This document shows, piece after piece, positions 19,700-28,303 of a stretch of 64,000 bases of DNA. The translations under genes and the position numbers were made by a program. Numbering within the stretch: position 1 is the first letter of the stretch; each line of letters opens with the position of its first letter. The notes under the pieces are model-generated. The model ran no database searches. It worked only from the letters and a program-made list of their open reading frames with translations, and was not told the DNA's origin. The stretch lies in assembly GCA_040901985.1 (NCBI GenBank), contig JBBDYC010000008.1:112490-176489 (forward strand). Reading direction: 5' to 3'. The DNA is from Gemmatimonadaceae bacterium. Its GTDB lineage: Bacteria > Gemmatimonadota > Gemmatimonadetes > Gemmatimonadales > Gemmatimonadaceae.

Positions 19700-20110
19700 G
19701 TGATTCCCGCGCGCGGGTTCAGGGAATCCCGTATTGGTCGGCCGGCAGCCGGGACGCAGATTCCGCTTGCGTTCGCGAGACGGTTTCTCGCGGATGGATC
19801 CTTCCCACAGGACGCTGGCGGAAGGGCGCTTGGCGGAGTTCGACAACGTCAGGCAGGTCGTGAGGTCGCTGGACACGATCGAGGCCCCGAATACGGGGCA
19901 CCTGAGTCGGGACCGTCCGACGAGGGCAAGGGACGCGGTGAGGCCATGTATCGCGTGGCGAGTCGAAACAGAGATCCGGGTTCCACCAGCGGAAGCGACC
20001 CTCGCACGGCAGCGATGCTACGGTGCGAGGGTCGCTCTTCAATTGGGCCGAGCCAACAGCGAGGTGTTCCCCGGCACGGACTTGAGCCTGCCGGATGATC
20101 CATCGTCATC
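19700..20110 (+). ncRNA. Candidate structured ncRNA of unrecognised family
   Basis: No credible ORF between convergent genes; at least 8 hairpins or nested helices; G-U pairs favour the + strand. Confidence 0.35.
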
Positions 20111-20140
20111 AGGGGCTCGCGTCCGGCGCTCGCCGGGCCG

Positions 20141-20968
20141 CTAGAATCCCTTGCGTGCCTCTGCTTCGCTGGGGAATACGGCGAGAATCGTGGAGAAGCC
20201 GGAGATGTCGAACACCTCCCGGACCGTGTCGTTGAGGCCGAACGTGCGCAGGGCGCCTCCCGTCGCGGTCATCCGCTTGGCGGCGCCGAGCAGGACGCGG
20301 AGTCCAGCGCTGCTGATGTAGTCAAGCGCGGTGAAGTCCACCGCGAGCTTCCGCGCGCCACCGGCGAGGATCGCGTCGAGGACCTGCTGGGCCTCGGGCG
20401 ACGTGACGCTGTCGAGATTGCCGGCCAAGGCCACGATTGTGACGTCATCCTGCGTGCGCGTCGTGATCTCCATCAACCTCCCTCCGCGATGACCGTCTGC
20501 CACCCCACCTGCCAGGAGCTTCACCAGGACCACGACATTGCTGTCGCCGCGGCGGTGGTAGCTGACCTCGTCCACCAATCGCCGGACCAGATGAATGCCG
20601 AGTCCGCCGATCGGCCGCTCCACCAAGGACAGCTTGGTATCGGGCGCGGCCCTGCCGACCGGGTCGAACGGCTTGCCATTGTCGGTAAGCGTGACCGTCA
20701 ACCGATCCGATTGTAGATCCACGTCAATCGTCACCTCGCCGTCCTCGCGCTCGGCCAATCCGTACGTCACGGTATTGGCCAGCAGCTCGTCCAGCACGAC
20801 GTTCATACTGCGCCGGATCGCCGCCGGCAAGGCGTGCGCATCCGTGAAGTCCGCAAAGGTCGCATTGACCTTGGCGACCTCACCGGGATCCCTGCCGATT
20901 GACATCCGGAAGCCTGCTGGCATCTCGCCCTCCGGCGTGCCGCTCAATGACGCTGGCCACGCCGTCAT
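20141..20968 (-). CDS. RsbW-like anti-sigma kinase fused in frame to a STAS anti-anti-sigma domain
   Basis: DELLANTVTYG, DNGKPFDP, GGLGIHLV (HATPase) then LDYISSAGLRVLL (STAS); internal SD plus ATG at 20473. Confidence 0.85.
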   Translation of the reverse strand: MTAWPASLSGTPEGEMPAGFRMSIGRDPGEVAKVNATFADFTDAHALPAAIRRSMNVVLDELLANTVTYGLAEREDGEVTIDVDLQSDRLTVTLTDNGKPFDPVGRAAPDTKLSLVERPIGGLGIHLVRRLVDEVSYHRRGDSNVVVLVKLLAGGVADGHRGGRLMEITTRTQDDVTIVALAGNLDSVTSPEAQQVLDAILAGGARKLAVDFTALDYISSAGLRVLLGAAKRMTATGGALRTFGLNDTVREVFDISGFSTILAVFPSEAEARKGF

Positions 20969-21036
20969 CTGTCAACCTCCGGTCCCCTGTCCGGCATTTG
21001 CCGAGGGGGCGCTGGCGGGTGCACGTTTCCCCGGCT

Positions 21037-21047
21037 CCCCCCCCCCC
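21037..21047. repeat. C11 homopolymer in divergent promoter region
   Basis: ggct-C11-tcg between the rsbW-STAS and ECF sigma starts. Confidence 0.85.
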
Positions 21048-21114
21048 TCGCCACCGCCTCGGGCCCCCACCCGTCCGATGGACGTTTCCAACCTTTGGCG
21101 CCCTGGACTGTACT

Positions 21115-21672
21115 TTGGTCGAGTCCCCCGCTGCGGCTACGGAAGACGAACAGGACCGAGCGCTCGTCCGGAGGTGCCTGGATGGCGAACGGAACGCGGC
21201 CAGCGATCTGGTGGATCGCTATCAGCGTCGCCTGTTCAATGTCGCGTTCCGGATGCTCGGCAACGTGCAGGACGCGGAGGACGTCACCCAGACGGTGTTC
21301 GGCAATGCGTTCGTCTCGCTGGGGAGCTTCGACCCGAAGTACCGGTTCTTCAGCTGGATCTATCGGATGGCGGTCAACGAGTCGTTGAACACGCTCAAGC
21401 GCCGGAAGCGGATGGTCACGTTGGAGGACCACCTGGCCATCCCGGCGCCGGGCGGCGGAACTGATGATGCATTGGAGGCGGAGGATCGAGTGGAAAAGGC
21501 GCTGATGGACCTCAAGCCTGACGATCGGGCCGTGGTGGTGCTCCGGCACTTCGTGTCGTTCTCCTACGAGGAGATGGCCGACGTGCTGGAGGTGCCCGTC
21601 CGTACCGTCAAGTCGCGCCTCTTCACGGCACGGGAACGGCTGCGCCAGGCGTTGCTCGGGCGGGGCGCCTGA
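21115..21672 (+). CDS. ECF sigma factor
   Basis: DAEDVTQTVF, FFSWIYRMAVN, SYEEMADVLEVPVRTVKSRLFTAR; TTG start uncertain. Confidence 0.92.
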   Translation: MVESPAAATEDEQDRALVRRCLDGERNAASDLVDRYQRRLFNVAFRMLGNVQDAEDVTQTVFGNAFVSLGSFDPKYRFFSWIYRMAVNESLNTLKRRKRMVTLEDHLAIPAPGGGTDDALEAEDRVEKALMDLKPDDRAVVVLRHFVSFSYEEMADVLEVPVRTVKSRLFTARERLRQALLGRGA

Positions 21673-21674
21673 CG

Positions 21675-22931
21675 ATGCTGAGCGCGGACCAGATTGAGCT
21701 GATCCATCGGGAGATCGATGGTGAGAACACGCCGGAGGCGAGTGCCGCGTTCCGGTCGTTGCTGGAGAGGGACCAGGAAGCGCGCGCCCTCGCGGCGGAC
21801 CTGCGGGACCTTGCCGCGCTCCTTGGCCGGGAACAGGAACGCGCGCCGCCGCCGCATCTCCGGCCAACGATTCTCGAGGCGCTGGCACTGCAAACGCGAG
21901 CATCACCGAGGACTGCATCGGCATGGATGGCCCCGCAGGCGATCGTTCAACGGCTTGTTTCCCAGTGGCGAGTTTCCCTAAGGCGAATGGAGGAGGCGAT
22001 GATTACGAAGAAGGCGCTGATCGTCGGGACCACCGTGGTGGCGATAGTCGCCGTCATCGGCGGCGTCGTGGTCGGGTACCCACCGAGCGGCGACGAAGCC
22101 GGCACGATCGGCGGGGTCCAGCAGGCGGCACGGTATCGCGGACGGCCGATGACCGAGGCCGATGTGACCATCGCGAACCCCGAGATCCAGGTGCTGTTCC
22201 AGAACCACGATGTCCTGACCCTGGTCAAGAGCGACGTCTTCCGCTCGGCGATGCGGAACGACGCGTTCAGGGAGTTGCAGTCCAGCGAGGCCTTCCGCCA
22301 ACTGATGGCGAGCGATGCGTATCGCCAGTTGATGGCGAGCGATGCCTACCGCCAGTTGATGGCGAGCGAGGCCTATCGCGAGCTGGCGTCGAGCGAGGCC
22401 TATCGCGAACTGGCGTCGAGCGAGGCCTACCGCGAGCTGATGTCCAGTGACGCCTATCGCTCGTTGCAGTCCAACGAGGCGTACCGCGCGCTGCAGGCGC
22501 AGGACGCGTTCCGCAACGTGCAGTCCAGCGAGGCGATGCGCGCGCTCCAGGCCAACGAGGCCTACCGGTCGTTGCAGGCGAATGAGGCGTACCGCGCGGC
22601 GATGGCCAGCGAGGCCTTCCGCGCCGTGCAGGCCAACGATGCGTTCCGCGCCGTGCAGGCCAACGAGGCGTATCGTGCGGTGATGGCGAACGACGCGTTC
22701 CGTGCGGTGATGGCGAACGACGCGTTCCGTGCGGTGATGGCGAACGACGCGTACCGCGCGGCAATGGCCAGCGATGCGTTCCGTTCCGTGATGGCGAACG
22801 ATGCGTTCCGCGCGGTGATGGCGAACGATGCGTACCGGCAGCTCCAGTCGGCCGAGATGTTCCGCGCACTGTCGAGGAGCGCACAGATGTCCGAGGCGTT
22901 CATGAGCCAGGCGATGCGCGTCGTGCAGTAA
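21675..22931 (+). CDS. Putative transmembrane anti-sigma factor with extracytoplasmic 9-aa repeat array
   Basis: Immediately after the ECF gene; N-terminal anti-sigma-like helical domain (IDGE...PP motif, no Cys); one TM; 22 units of [SN][DE]A[FY]Rxxxx. Confidence 0.7.
   Translation: MLSADQIELIHREIDGENTPEASAAFRSLLERDQEARALAADLRDLAALLGREQERAPPPHLRPTILEALALQTRASPRTASAWMAPQAIVQRLVSQWRVSLRRMEEAMITKKALIVGTTVVAIVAVIGGVVVGYPPSGDEAGTIGGVQQAARYRGRPMTEADVTIANPEIQVLFQNHDVLTLVKSDVFRSAMRNDAFRELQSSEAFRQLMASDAYRQLMASDAYRQLMASEAYRELASSEAYRELASSEAYRELMSSDAYRSLQSNEAYRALQAQDAFRNVQSSEAMRALQANEAYRSLQANEAYRAAMASEAFRAVQANDAFRAVQANEAYRAVMANDAFRAVMANDAFRAVMANDAYRAAMASDAFRSVMANDAFRAVMANDAYRQLQSAEMFRALSRSAQMSEAFMSQAMRVVQ
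22257..22850 (+). repeat. 27-bp in-frame tandem repeat, 22 units
   Basis: e.g. aacgacgcgttccgtgcggtgatggcg; units NDAFRELQS to NDAYRQLQS. Confidence 0.95.
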
Positions 22932-22952
22932 CGGCACCAGCAGCAGGGTTCG

Positions 22953-23002
22953 GCGCTGGCCCCGGCTCCCTCTAACGGGAGTCGGGGCCAGCGCGTACTT
23001 TC
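22953..23002 (+). terminator. Strong intra-operon hairpin (terminator or mRNA stabiliser)
   Basis: gcgctggccccggctccc-tctaac-gggagtcggggccagcgc (18 bp, one G-U) followed by gtactttt. Confidence 0.7.
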
Positions 23003-23010
23003 CGGCCACT

Positions 23011-26007
23011 GTGGCCAAGAATCAACTGCGAGTCGCTAGGGGCGCCGGCTGCGGGCGCGTCCGGGGGGTCCTGGCCCTCCTCGTTTGCGTCGGCGCGGTT
23101 GCGCCGTCCGGTCTTGCCGCGCAGTTCCAGGCGGTTGAGACCGCCAGTATGCGGCTGGTGTACACCTCGCCGCTCCAGTCCTACCTCGTGCCGCAGGTGA
23201 CCGCGAGCTTCGAGAATGCGCTGCGGTTCCACCGCCAGCTCTTCGACTATGCGCCGGGAGGCCGGATCAACGTGCTGATGCACGACCTCTGGCACTACGG
23301 CAACGCGGGGGCGCGTCCGGTGCCGGAGAACCACGTCACCATAGGGATCGCGCCGTACGGACACGACTACGAGTCGGCGCCCGCTCCCGAACGAATGGCG
23401 TCGTCGATGAACCACGAGCTGGCGCACATCGTCACCACCGACAAAGCGACCCGGTCCGACCGGTTCTTCCGCTCGATCTTCTTCGGCAAGGTCACGCCAA
23501 ACGCGGAAGTGCCGCCCTCGATGCTCTACAGCTACCTGACCACGCCGCGCTGGTACGCGCCGCGCTGGTACCTCGAGGGAATCGCCACCTATCTCGAGAC
23601 GTGGATGAACGGCGGGCTGGGGCGTGCCATCGGTCCCTACGACGAGATGGTCTTCCGCACCCTCGTCCGCGACAGCCTCACGATGTACGACGTCGTCGGG
23701 CTCGAATCCGAGGGCACGACAATCGATTTCCAGGTGGGCGTGAACTCGTATCTCTACGGGACGCGGTTCATCAGCTATCTCGCGCTCCAGTACGGAAACG
23801 ACTCCTTGCTGGGGTGGGTCAATCGGTCCGAGGGCAGCAAGCGGTACTTCTCGTCGCAGTTCAGGAACGTGTTCGGGAGGTCGCTCGCGGACGAGTGGTC
23901 GCGATGGATTGACTGGGAGCGCGAGTGGCAGCGAGACAACCTGGCGGCGATTCAGCGGCACCCGACCACCGTTGCGCGACCGCTCACCAATCGGGTGCTC
24001 GGATCGGTGTCCCGCGCGTACTACGACCCGGCAAAGGGCAGCGTCCTCGTGGCCGTTCGCTATCCGGGCCAGGAAGCCCACATCGCCAGCATTGACGTCG
24101 CGTCCGGACGGTTCACGCGGGTCGGCGACATCACCGCCGCGGGGGGTCTGTCCGTGACGTCGCTGGTGTTCGATGCGGCGACGCGGACGCTCTTCTACAC
24201 CACCAACAACGCGGACTATCGTCACATACTCTCGATGGACCTCGAGACGGGCCGCTCCACGGTCCTGCTCAAGAACGGGCGCATCGGCGACCTCGCCTTC
24301 AACGCGGCGGACCGTTCCTTGTGGGGCGTCCGGCACGACAACGGGTTCTCGACGCTGGTGCGCCTTCCGCATCCGTACAGCGAGTGGCATCAGGTCCACA
24401 CGCTGCCGTACGGCAGGGACCTCTTCGACCTGGACGTCTCGCCGGACGGCACGGCCCTCATCGGGTCGATGTCGGAGATAAGCGGGGACACTCGCCTCGT
24501 GCGGATGAACATCGCCACGCTTCTTTCGGGCGATGCCGCGCACGAGGTGCTCTTCGAGTTCGGCCAGTGGTCGCCGTCGAACTTCGTCTTCTCCCAGGAC
24601 GGGCGGTACATCTTCGGCTCGTCCTACTACTCCGGCGTCTCCAACATCTTCCGGTACGAAGTCACGACGCGGGAGATGGAGGCCGTGACCAATGCGGAGA
24701 CGGGCTTCTTCAAGCCGTTGCCCATCTCCGATGACTCCCTCGTCGTCTTCGCCTACTCGGGCACCGGATTCGTGCCCTCGATGATCCCGAACGCGGTGAC
24801 GGATAGCGTGAGCGCGATTCAATTCCTCGGCAACGAGATCGCCGAGCGACGGACCGAGGTGCAGTCGTGGATGCCGCCGCCCGTCTCCGACATCAACGTT
24901 GATGCGCTGACGACGGCGACCGGCACCTACAGCACGGCGCGGAATTTCAAGTTGGACAACGCGTACCCGGTCGTGGAGGGATACGAGGATGCGCTGGGCA
25001 ACACTGCCGTCGCCGGCGGCGTGCGGCTCAACTTCTCGGACCGGATCGGAGCGACGGGGCTCGAGTTCACCGCGTCGTACTCTCCCGACGAGGACCTCGA
25101 CGAGTACGAGCACCTTCACCTGCGCGCGGTCTTCCGCCACTGGAACTGGAAGGTCTCGGCGGCGCTCAATCGGGCCGACTTCTACGACCTCGTCGGCCCG
25201 ACGAAGGTGAGCCGTCGTGGCTATTCGCTGGCGCTCCAGTACCAGGGCAATGTCTTCTACGATGGCCCGCGGAGCCTGGGCTACACGTTGCAGGCGGCGG
25301 GGTACGGCGACCTGGCGATCGTGCCGGAGTTCCAGAATGTCGCGGCGTCGTTCGACAAGCTCGCGTCGTTCTCCGGCGACCTCGCGTACAAGTCCCTCCG
25401 GCGGTCGCTTGGCGCCATTGACGACGAGCTCGGTGCGACGTGGGGAGCGGGGATTCGCGGCAACTACGTGAACGCGACGCTGCACCCACGCGTGAGCATG
25501 GATGCGTCGAGGGGATTCCTCCTGCCGCTGGATCACTCGTCGCTCTGGTTCCGCGCCTCGGCGGGGTCGGCGCTCGGCCCCGACCGGGCCGACCCATTCG
25601 CGCGGTTCTACTTCGGTGGGTTCGCCAACAACTGGGTGGACTACCGGGCAATCAAGCAGTTTCGGAACACCGAGGCCTTCCCGGGCCTCGACATCAACGA
25701 GATTGGCGGCGCCACGTACGCCAAGGCGCAGGTGGAGTGGATGTCACCGCCCCTCCGCTTTCGGAGCGTCGGCATCCCGAGCGCGTATTTCCGCTGGGCC
25801 GGACTGTCGCTGTTCGCGAGTGGGCTTGCCACCGACGTGGATGACGCGACGGCCAGGCGTACCTTCACAAGCGCGGGGGCGCAGGTGGACCTCCGACTCG
25901 TCACGATCTCCCATCTCGAGTCCACCTTCTCCGTCGGCTACGGCGTGGCGAAGGGGCAGGGCGTCCCGCTCAGCAACGCCCTGATGGTTTCGTTCAAGAT
26001 CATGTGA
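23011..26007 (+). CDS. Outer-membrane protein: gluzincin-like peptidase domain, TolB-like beta-propeller, C-terminal beta-barrel
   Basis: Signal peptide; NHELAH and WYLEGIATYLE; SPDG/SQDGRY propeller motifs; C-terminal amphipathic strands. Confidence 0.7.
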   Translation: MAKNQLRVARGAGCGRVRGVLALLVCVGAVAPSGLAAQFQAVETASMRLVYTSPLQSYLVPQVTASFENALRFHRQLFDYAPGGRINVLMHDLWHYGNAGARPVPENHVTIGIAPYGHDYESAPAPERMASSMNHELAHIVTTDKATRSDRFFRSIFFGKVTPNAEVPPSMLYSYLTTPRWYAPRWYLEGIATYLETWMNGGLGRAIGPYDEMVFRTLVRDSLTMYDVVGLESEGTTIDFQVGVNSYLYGTRFISYLALQYGNDSLLGWVNRSEGSKRYFSSQFRNVFGRSLADEWSRWIDWEREWQRDNLAAIQRHPTTVARPLTNRVLGSVSRAYYDPAKGSVLVAVRYPGQEAHIASIDVASGRFTRVGDITAAGGLSVTSLVFDAATRTLFYTTNNADYRHILSMDLETGRSTVLLKNGRIGDLAFNAADRSLWGVRHDNGFSTLVRLPHPYSEWHQVHTLPYGRDLFDLDVSPDGTALIGSMSEISGDTRLVRMNIATLLSGDAAHEVLFEFGQWSPSNFVFSQDGRYIFGSSYYSGVSNIFRYEVTTREMEAVTNAETGFFKPLPISDDSLVVFAYSGTGFVPSMIPNAVTDSVSAIQFLGNEIAERRTEVQSWMPPPVSDINVDALTTATGTYSTARNFKLDNAYPVVEGYEDALGNTAVAGGVRLNFSDRIGATGLEFTASYSPDEDLDEYEHLHLRAVFRHWNWKVSAALNRADFYDLVGPTKVSRRGYSLALQYQGNVFYDGPRSLGYTLQAAGYGDLAIVPEFQNVAASFDKLASFSGDLAYKSLRRSLGAIDDELGATWGAGIRGNYVNATLHPRVSMDASRGFLLPLDHSSLWFRASAGSALGPDRADPFARFYFGGFANNWVDYRAIKQFRNTEAFPGLDINEIGGATYAKAQVEWMSPPLRFRSVGIPSAYFRWAGLSLFASGLATDVDDATARRTFTSAGAQVDLRLVTISHLESTFSVGYGVAKGQGVPLSNALMVSFKIM

Positions 26008-27020
26008 CGACCGTCGTCGCGCTCGCCGTCAGCGTCTTGCCGATCTTCCTGTTCCTCGGCGCGCTGGTGCTCATTGACAGCTACAAGCTTGTCGCGCTGC
26101 GGGCGGTCCTGCTCTCGGTCGCCGCCGGCGTCGCCGCAGGCCTTGCCAGCTACGCGGTGAATGTCTGGCTCCGGCCGGCGCTCGGGCTGGCCCCGTCGCA
26201 ATACTCGATGTACGTCGCACCCGTCGTCGAGGAGACGCTCAAGGCCGCGTATGTCGTGTACCTGCTGTCGAGAAGCAAGGTCGGGTTCGTTGTGGACGCC
26301 GCCATCTATGGATTCGGCATCGGCACCGGCTTCGCCTTTCTGGAGAACCTCTACTATCTGCTCGTGAGTCCCGACGCCGCGATCTGGACCTGGATCGTGC
26401 GGGGCTTCGGCACCGCGGTGATGCACGGCGGCGCCACCGCCATCCTCGCGATGGTCGCCAAGACGCTGCACAATCGCCTCGATGGCTTCAGGCCGTACCT
26501 CCTGTTGCCGGGTCTCCTCGTGGCCGTGGTCCTCCACTCGCTGTACAACCAGTTCCTCCTGCAACCGCTGATCGCGACGGCGTTGATCGTGTTGGTCTTT
26601 CCCTATGTCAGCATCGCCATCTTCCAGCAGAGCGAGCGCGACACGAAATCGTGGTTGGGCAGCGGGTTCGACACCGACCAGGAGCTGCTCAGGGCCATTC
26701 GCACGGGGCAGGTGGCGGCGACGCCGGCGGGGAAGTATCTCCTGACCGTACGCAGTCGCTTCTCCCCGGAGGTCATCGTGGATATGCTGTGCCTCCTCCG
26801 ACTGCGCGCCGAGCTGGGCATCCGCGCCAAGGGCATCCTGATGCTGCGCGAGGCCGGATTCGATCCCGAGCCGGACCCCGCCGTGAAGCGCACGTTCGAG
26901 GAACTGCGGTATCTGGAACGGAGCATCGGGAAAACCGGGATGCTCTCCCTGCATCCGTTCCTCCACACCAGCACGCGCGACCTCTGGCAACTCAATCTGC
27001 TTGACGAGATGCAGGGATGA
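26004..27020 (+). CDS. prsW: PrsW-family glutamic intramembrane protease
   Basis: APVVEETLK, GFAFLEN, MHG, LHSLYN. Confidence 0.88.
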   Translation: MTTVVALAVSVLPIFLFLGALVLIDSYKLVALRAVLLSVAAGVAAGLASYAVNVWLRPALGLAPSQYSMYVAPVVEETLKAAYVVYLLSRSKVGFVVDAAIYGFGIGTGFAFLENLYYLLVSPDAAIWTWIVRGFGTAVMHGGATAILAMVAKTLHNRLDGFRPYLLLPGLLVAVVLHSLYNQFLLQPLIATALIVLVFPYVSIAIFQQSERDTKSWLGSGFDTDQELLRAIRTGQVAATPAGKYLLTVRSRFSPEVIVDMLCLLRLRAELGIRAKGILMLREAGFDPEPDPAVKRTFEELRYLERSIGKTGMLSLHPFLHTSTRDLWQLNLLDEMQG

Positions 27021-28264
27021 GCGACTCCCCCACGCCGTCGAGGGGCACCCAGACCACGCTCCGCGCCCTGCCAAAGGCGCTGGTCGTCGGCCGGGCCGGC
27101 GCGGATGCCGCAGCCCTCGTCCGTAGCGTCGAGGCAGAAGGGTATCTCGTGTTCGCGGCTGTCCAGGCCGACGACGCACTGCAGCGACTTCGCGCCGCAC
27201 GGTTCGACTTGGTGTTGCTGGATGCGGACGTACCCGCGATGGGCGGGCCGCAGTTCGTCGAGACGCTGCGGAGTGATGCCGAGCTGGCGAGCGTTCCCGT
27301 CCTCGTGATCTCGGCGGCGGACGATACGGATGCCATCGAGCGGTGCCTCGAGAAGGGCGCCGACGACTATCTCCCCAAGGTGTTTGGTCCGGCCGTGCTG
27401 CGGGCCCGCGTCAGCGCGGCGCTGGACCGTCGGCGCCTACGGGACAACGTGAAGCTGCGGCGCGAGATGGATGTCGCGCGGAACATCCAGCGGGACTTTC
27501 TCCCCGAGTCACTCCCCGCCGTGCGCGGCGTGCAACTCGAGGCCGCATTGCATCCGGCGCGTCAGGTCTCCGGCGACTTTTACGACGCGTTCACCCTGGC
27601 GCCCTCCGGCAACCTCGTCCTGGTCGTTGGGGATGTGTGCGACAAGGGGGTCGGCGCGGCGTTGTTCATGGCCCTCTTCCGCAGTCTCATCCGTGCGTCC
27701 GCGGATCCAGTGGGTGGCGGCGCGATCCAGATGATTGGTGGCCGGCGCACGCTCGTGATGCAGTCGCTGGAGGCCGCCACGCCGGCCGACCTGTTGACGC
27801 GGGTCGCGGGTTTTACCAACAACTACATCGCGAGGTTGCACGGACGCACCAATATGTTCGCCACCGTCTTTCTGGCGGTGCTCGATCCGGCCTATGGCAC
27901 GCTCAACTATGTCAACGCCGGCCACGAGCCGGCGCTCGTGATCGCCCCGGACGGGACGATGCGGGAACTGCGACCGACTGGTCCGGCGCTCGGGATGATG
28001 CCGGATTCGGTGTTCACGGCGGTTGGGGGAACGCTCGAGAGCGGAGAGACGCTCTTTGCGTTCACGGACGGATTGGCCGAGGCGCGGAGCCCGACCGGCG
28101 AGGTGTACGGCAGCGAGCGGTTGCGGCAGGTGGTGCGCTCGCACGCCAGCGGATCGGCATCGGAGCTCGTGACGGGCGTCATTGATGCGCTCAAGGCGTT
28201 CACGCGGCAGGCCGAGCCGCACGATGACCTGACCTTGCTTGCGGCGAAACGCACGAGCGGGTGA
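27017..28264 (+). CDS. Response-regulator receiver fused to PP2C/SpoIIE (RsbU-like) phosphatase
   Basis: DLVLLD, GADDYLPK; GDFYD, GDVCDKG, FTDG, HDDLT. Confidence 0.92.
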   Translation: MSDSPTPSRGTQTTLRALPKALVVGRAGADAAALVRSVEAEGYLVFAAVQADDALQRLRAARFDLVLLDADVPAMGGPQFVETLRSDAELASVPVLVISAADDTDAIERCLEKGADDYLPKVFGPAVLRARVSAALDRRRLRDNVKLRREMDVARNIQRDFLPESLPAVRGVQLEAALHPARQVSGDFYDAFTLAPSGNLVLVVGDVCDKGVGAALFMALFRSLIRASADPVGGGAIQMIGGRRTLVMQSLEAATPADLLTRVAGFTNNYIARLHGRTNMFATVFLAVLDPAYGTLNYVNAGHEPALVIAPDGTMRELRPTGPALGMMPDSVFTAVGGTLESGETLFAFTDGLAEARSPTGEVYGSERLRQVVRSHASGSASELVTGVIDALKAFTRQAEPHDDLTLLAAKRTSG

Positions 28265-28303
28265 GTGGGCGTGCTGGAATCGCCGTTCGGCGACCGTAGG
28301 GCG

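Noticed and set aside
19880..19975. Hammerhead-like CTGA...GA...GAAAC
   Set aside because: Stem II closure is poor and no matching stem III or NUH site was found
19697..19988. Resemblance to tmRNA (GTTCGAC, TCCACCA), cobalamin riboswitch (AGGGAA) or RNase P
   Set aside because: No acceptor stem or T-arm in the right order, no B12 box or co-directional downstream gene, no GAGGAAAGTCC
22257..22850. 27-bp repeat array as CRISPR or non-coding array
   Set aside because: No unique spacers, units are in frame with third-position variation, and no cas genes are present
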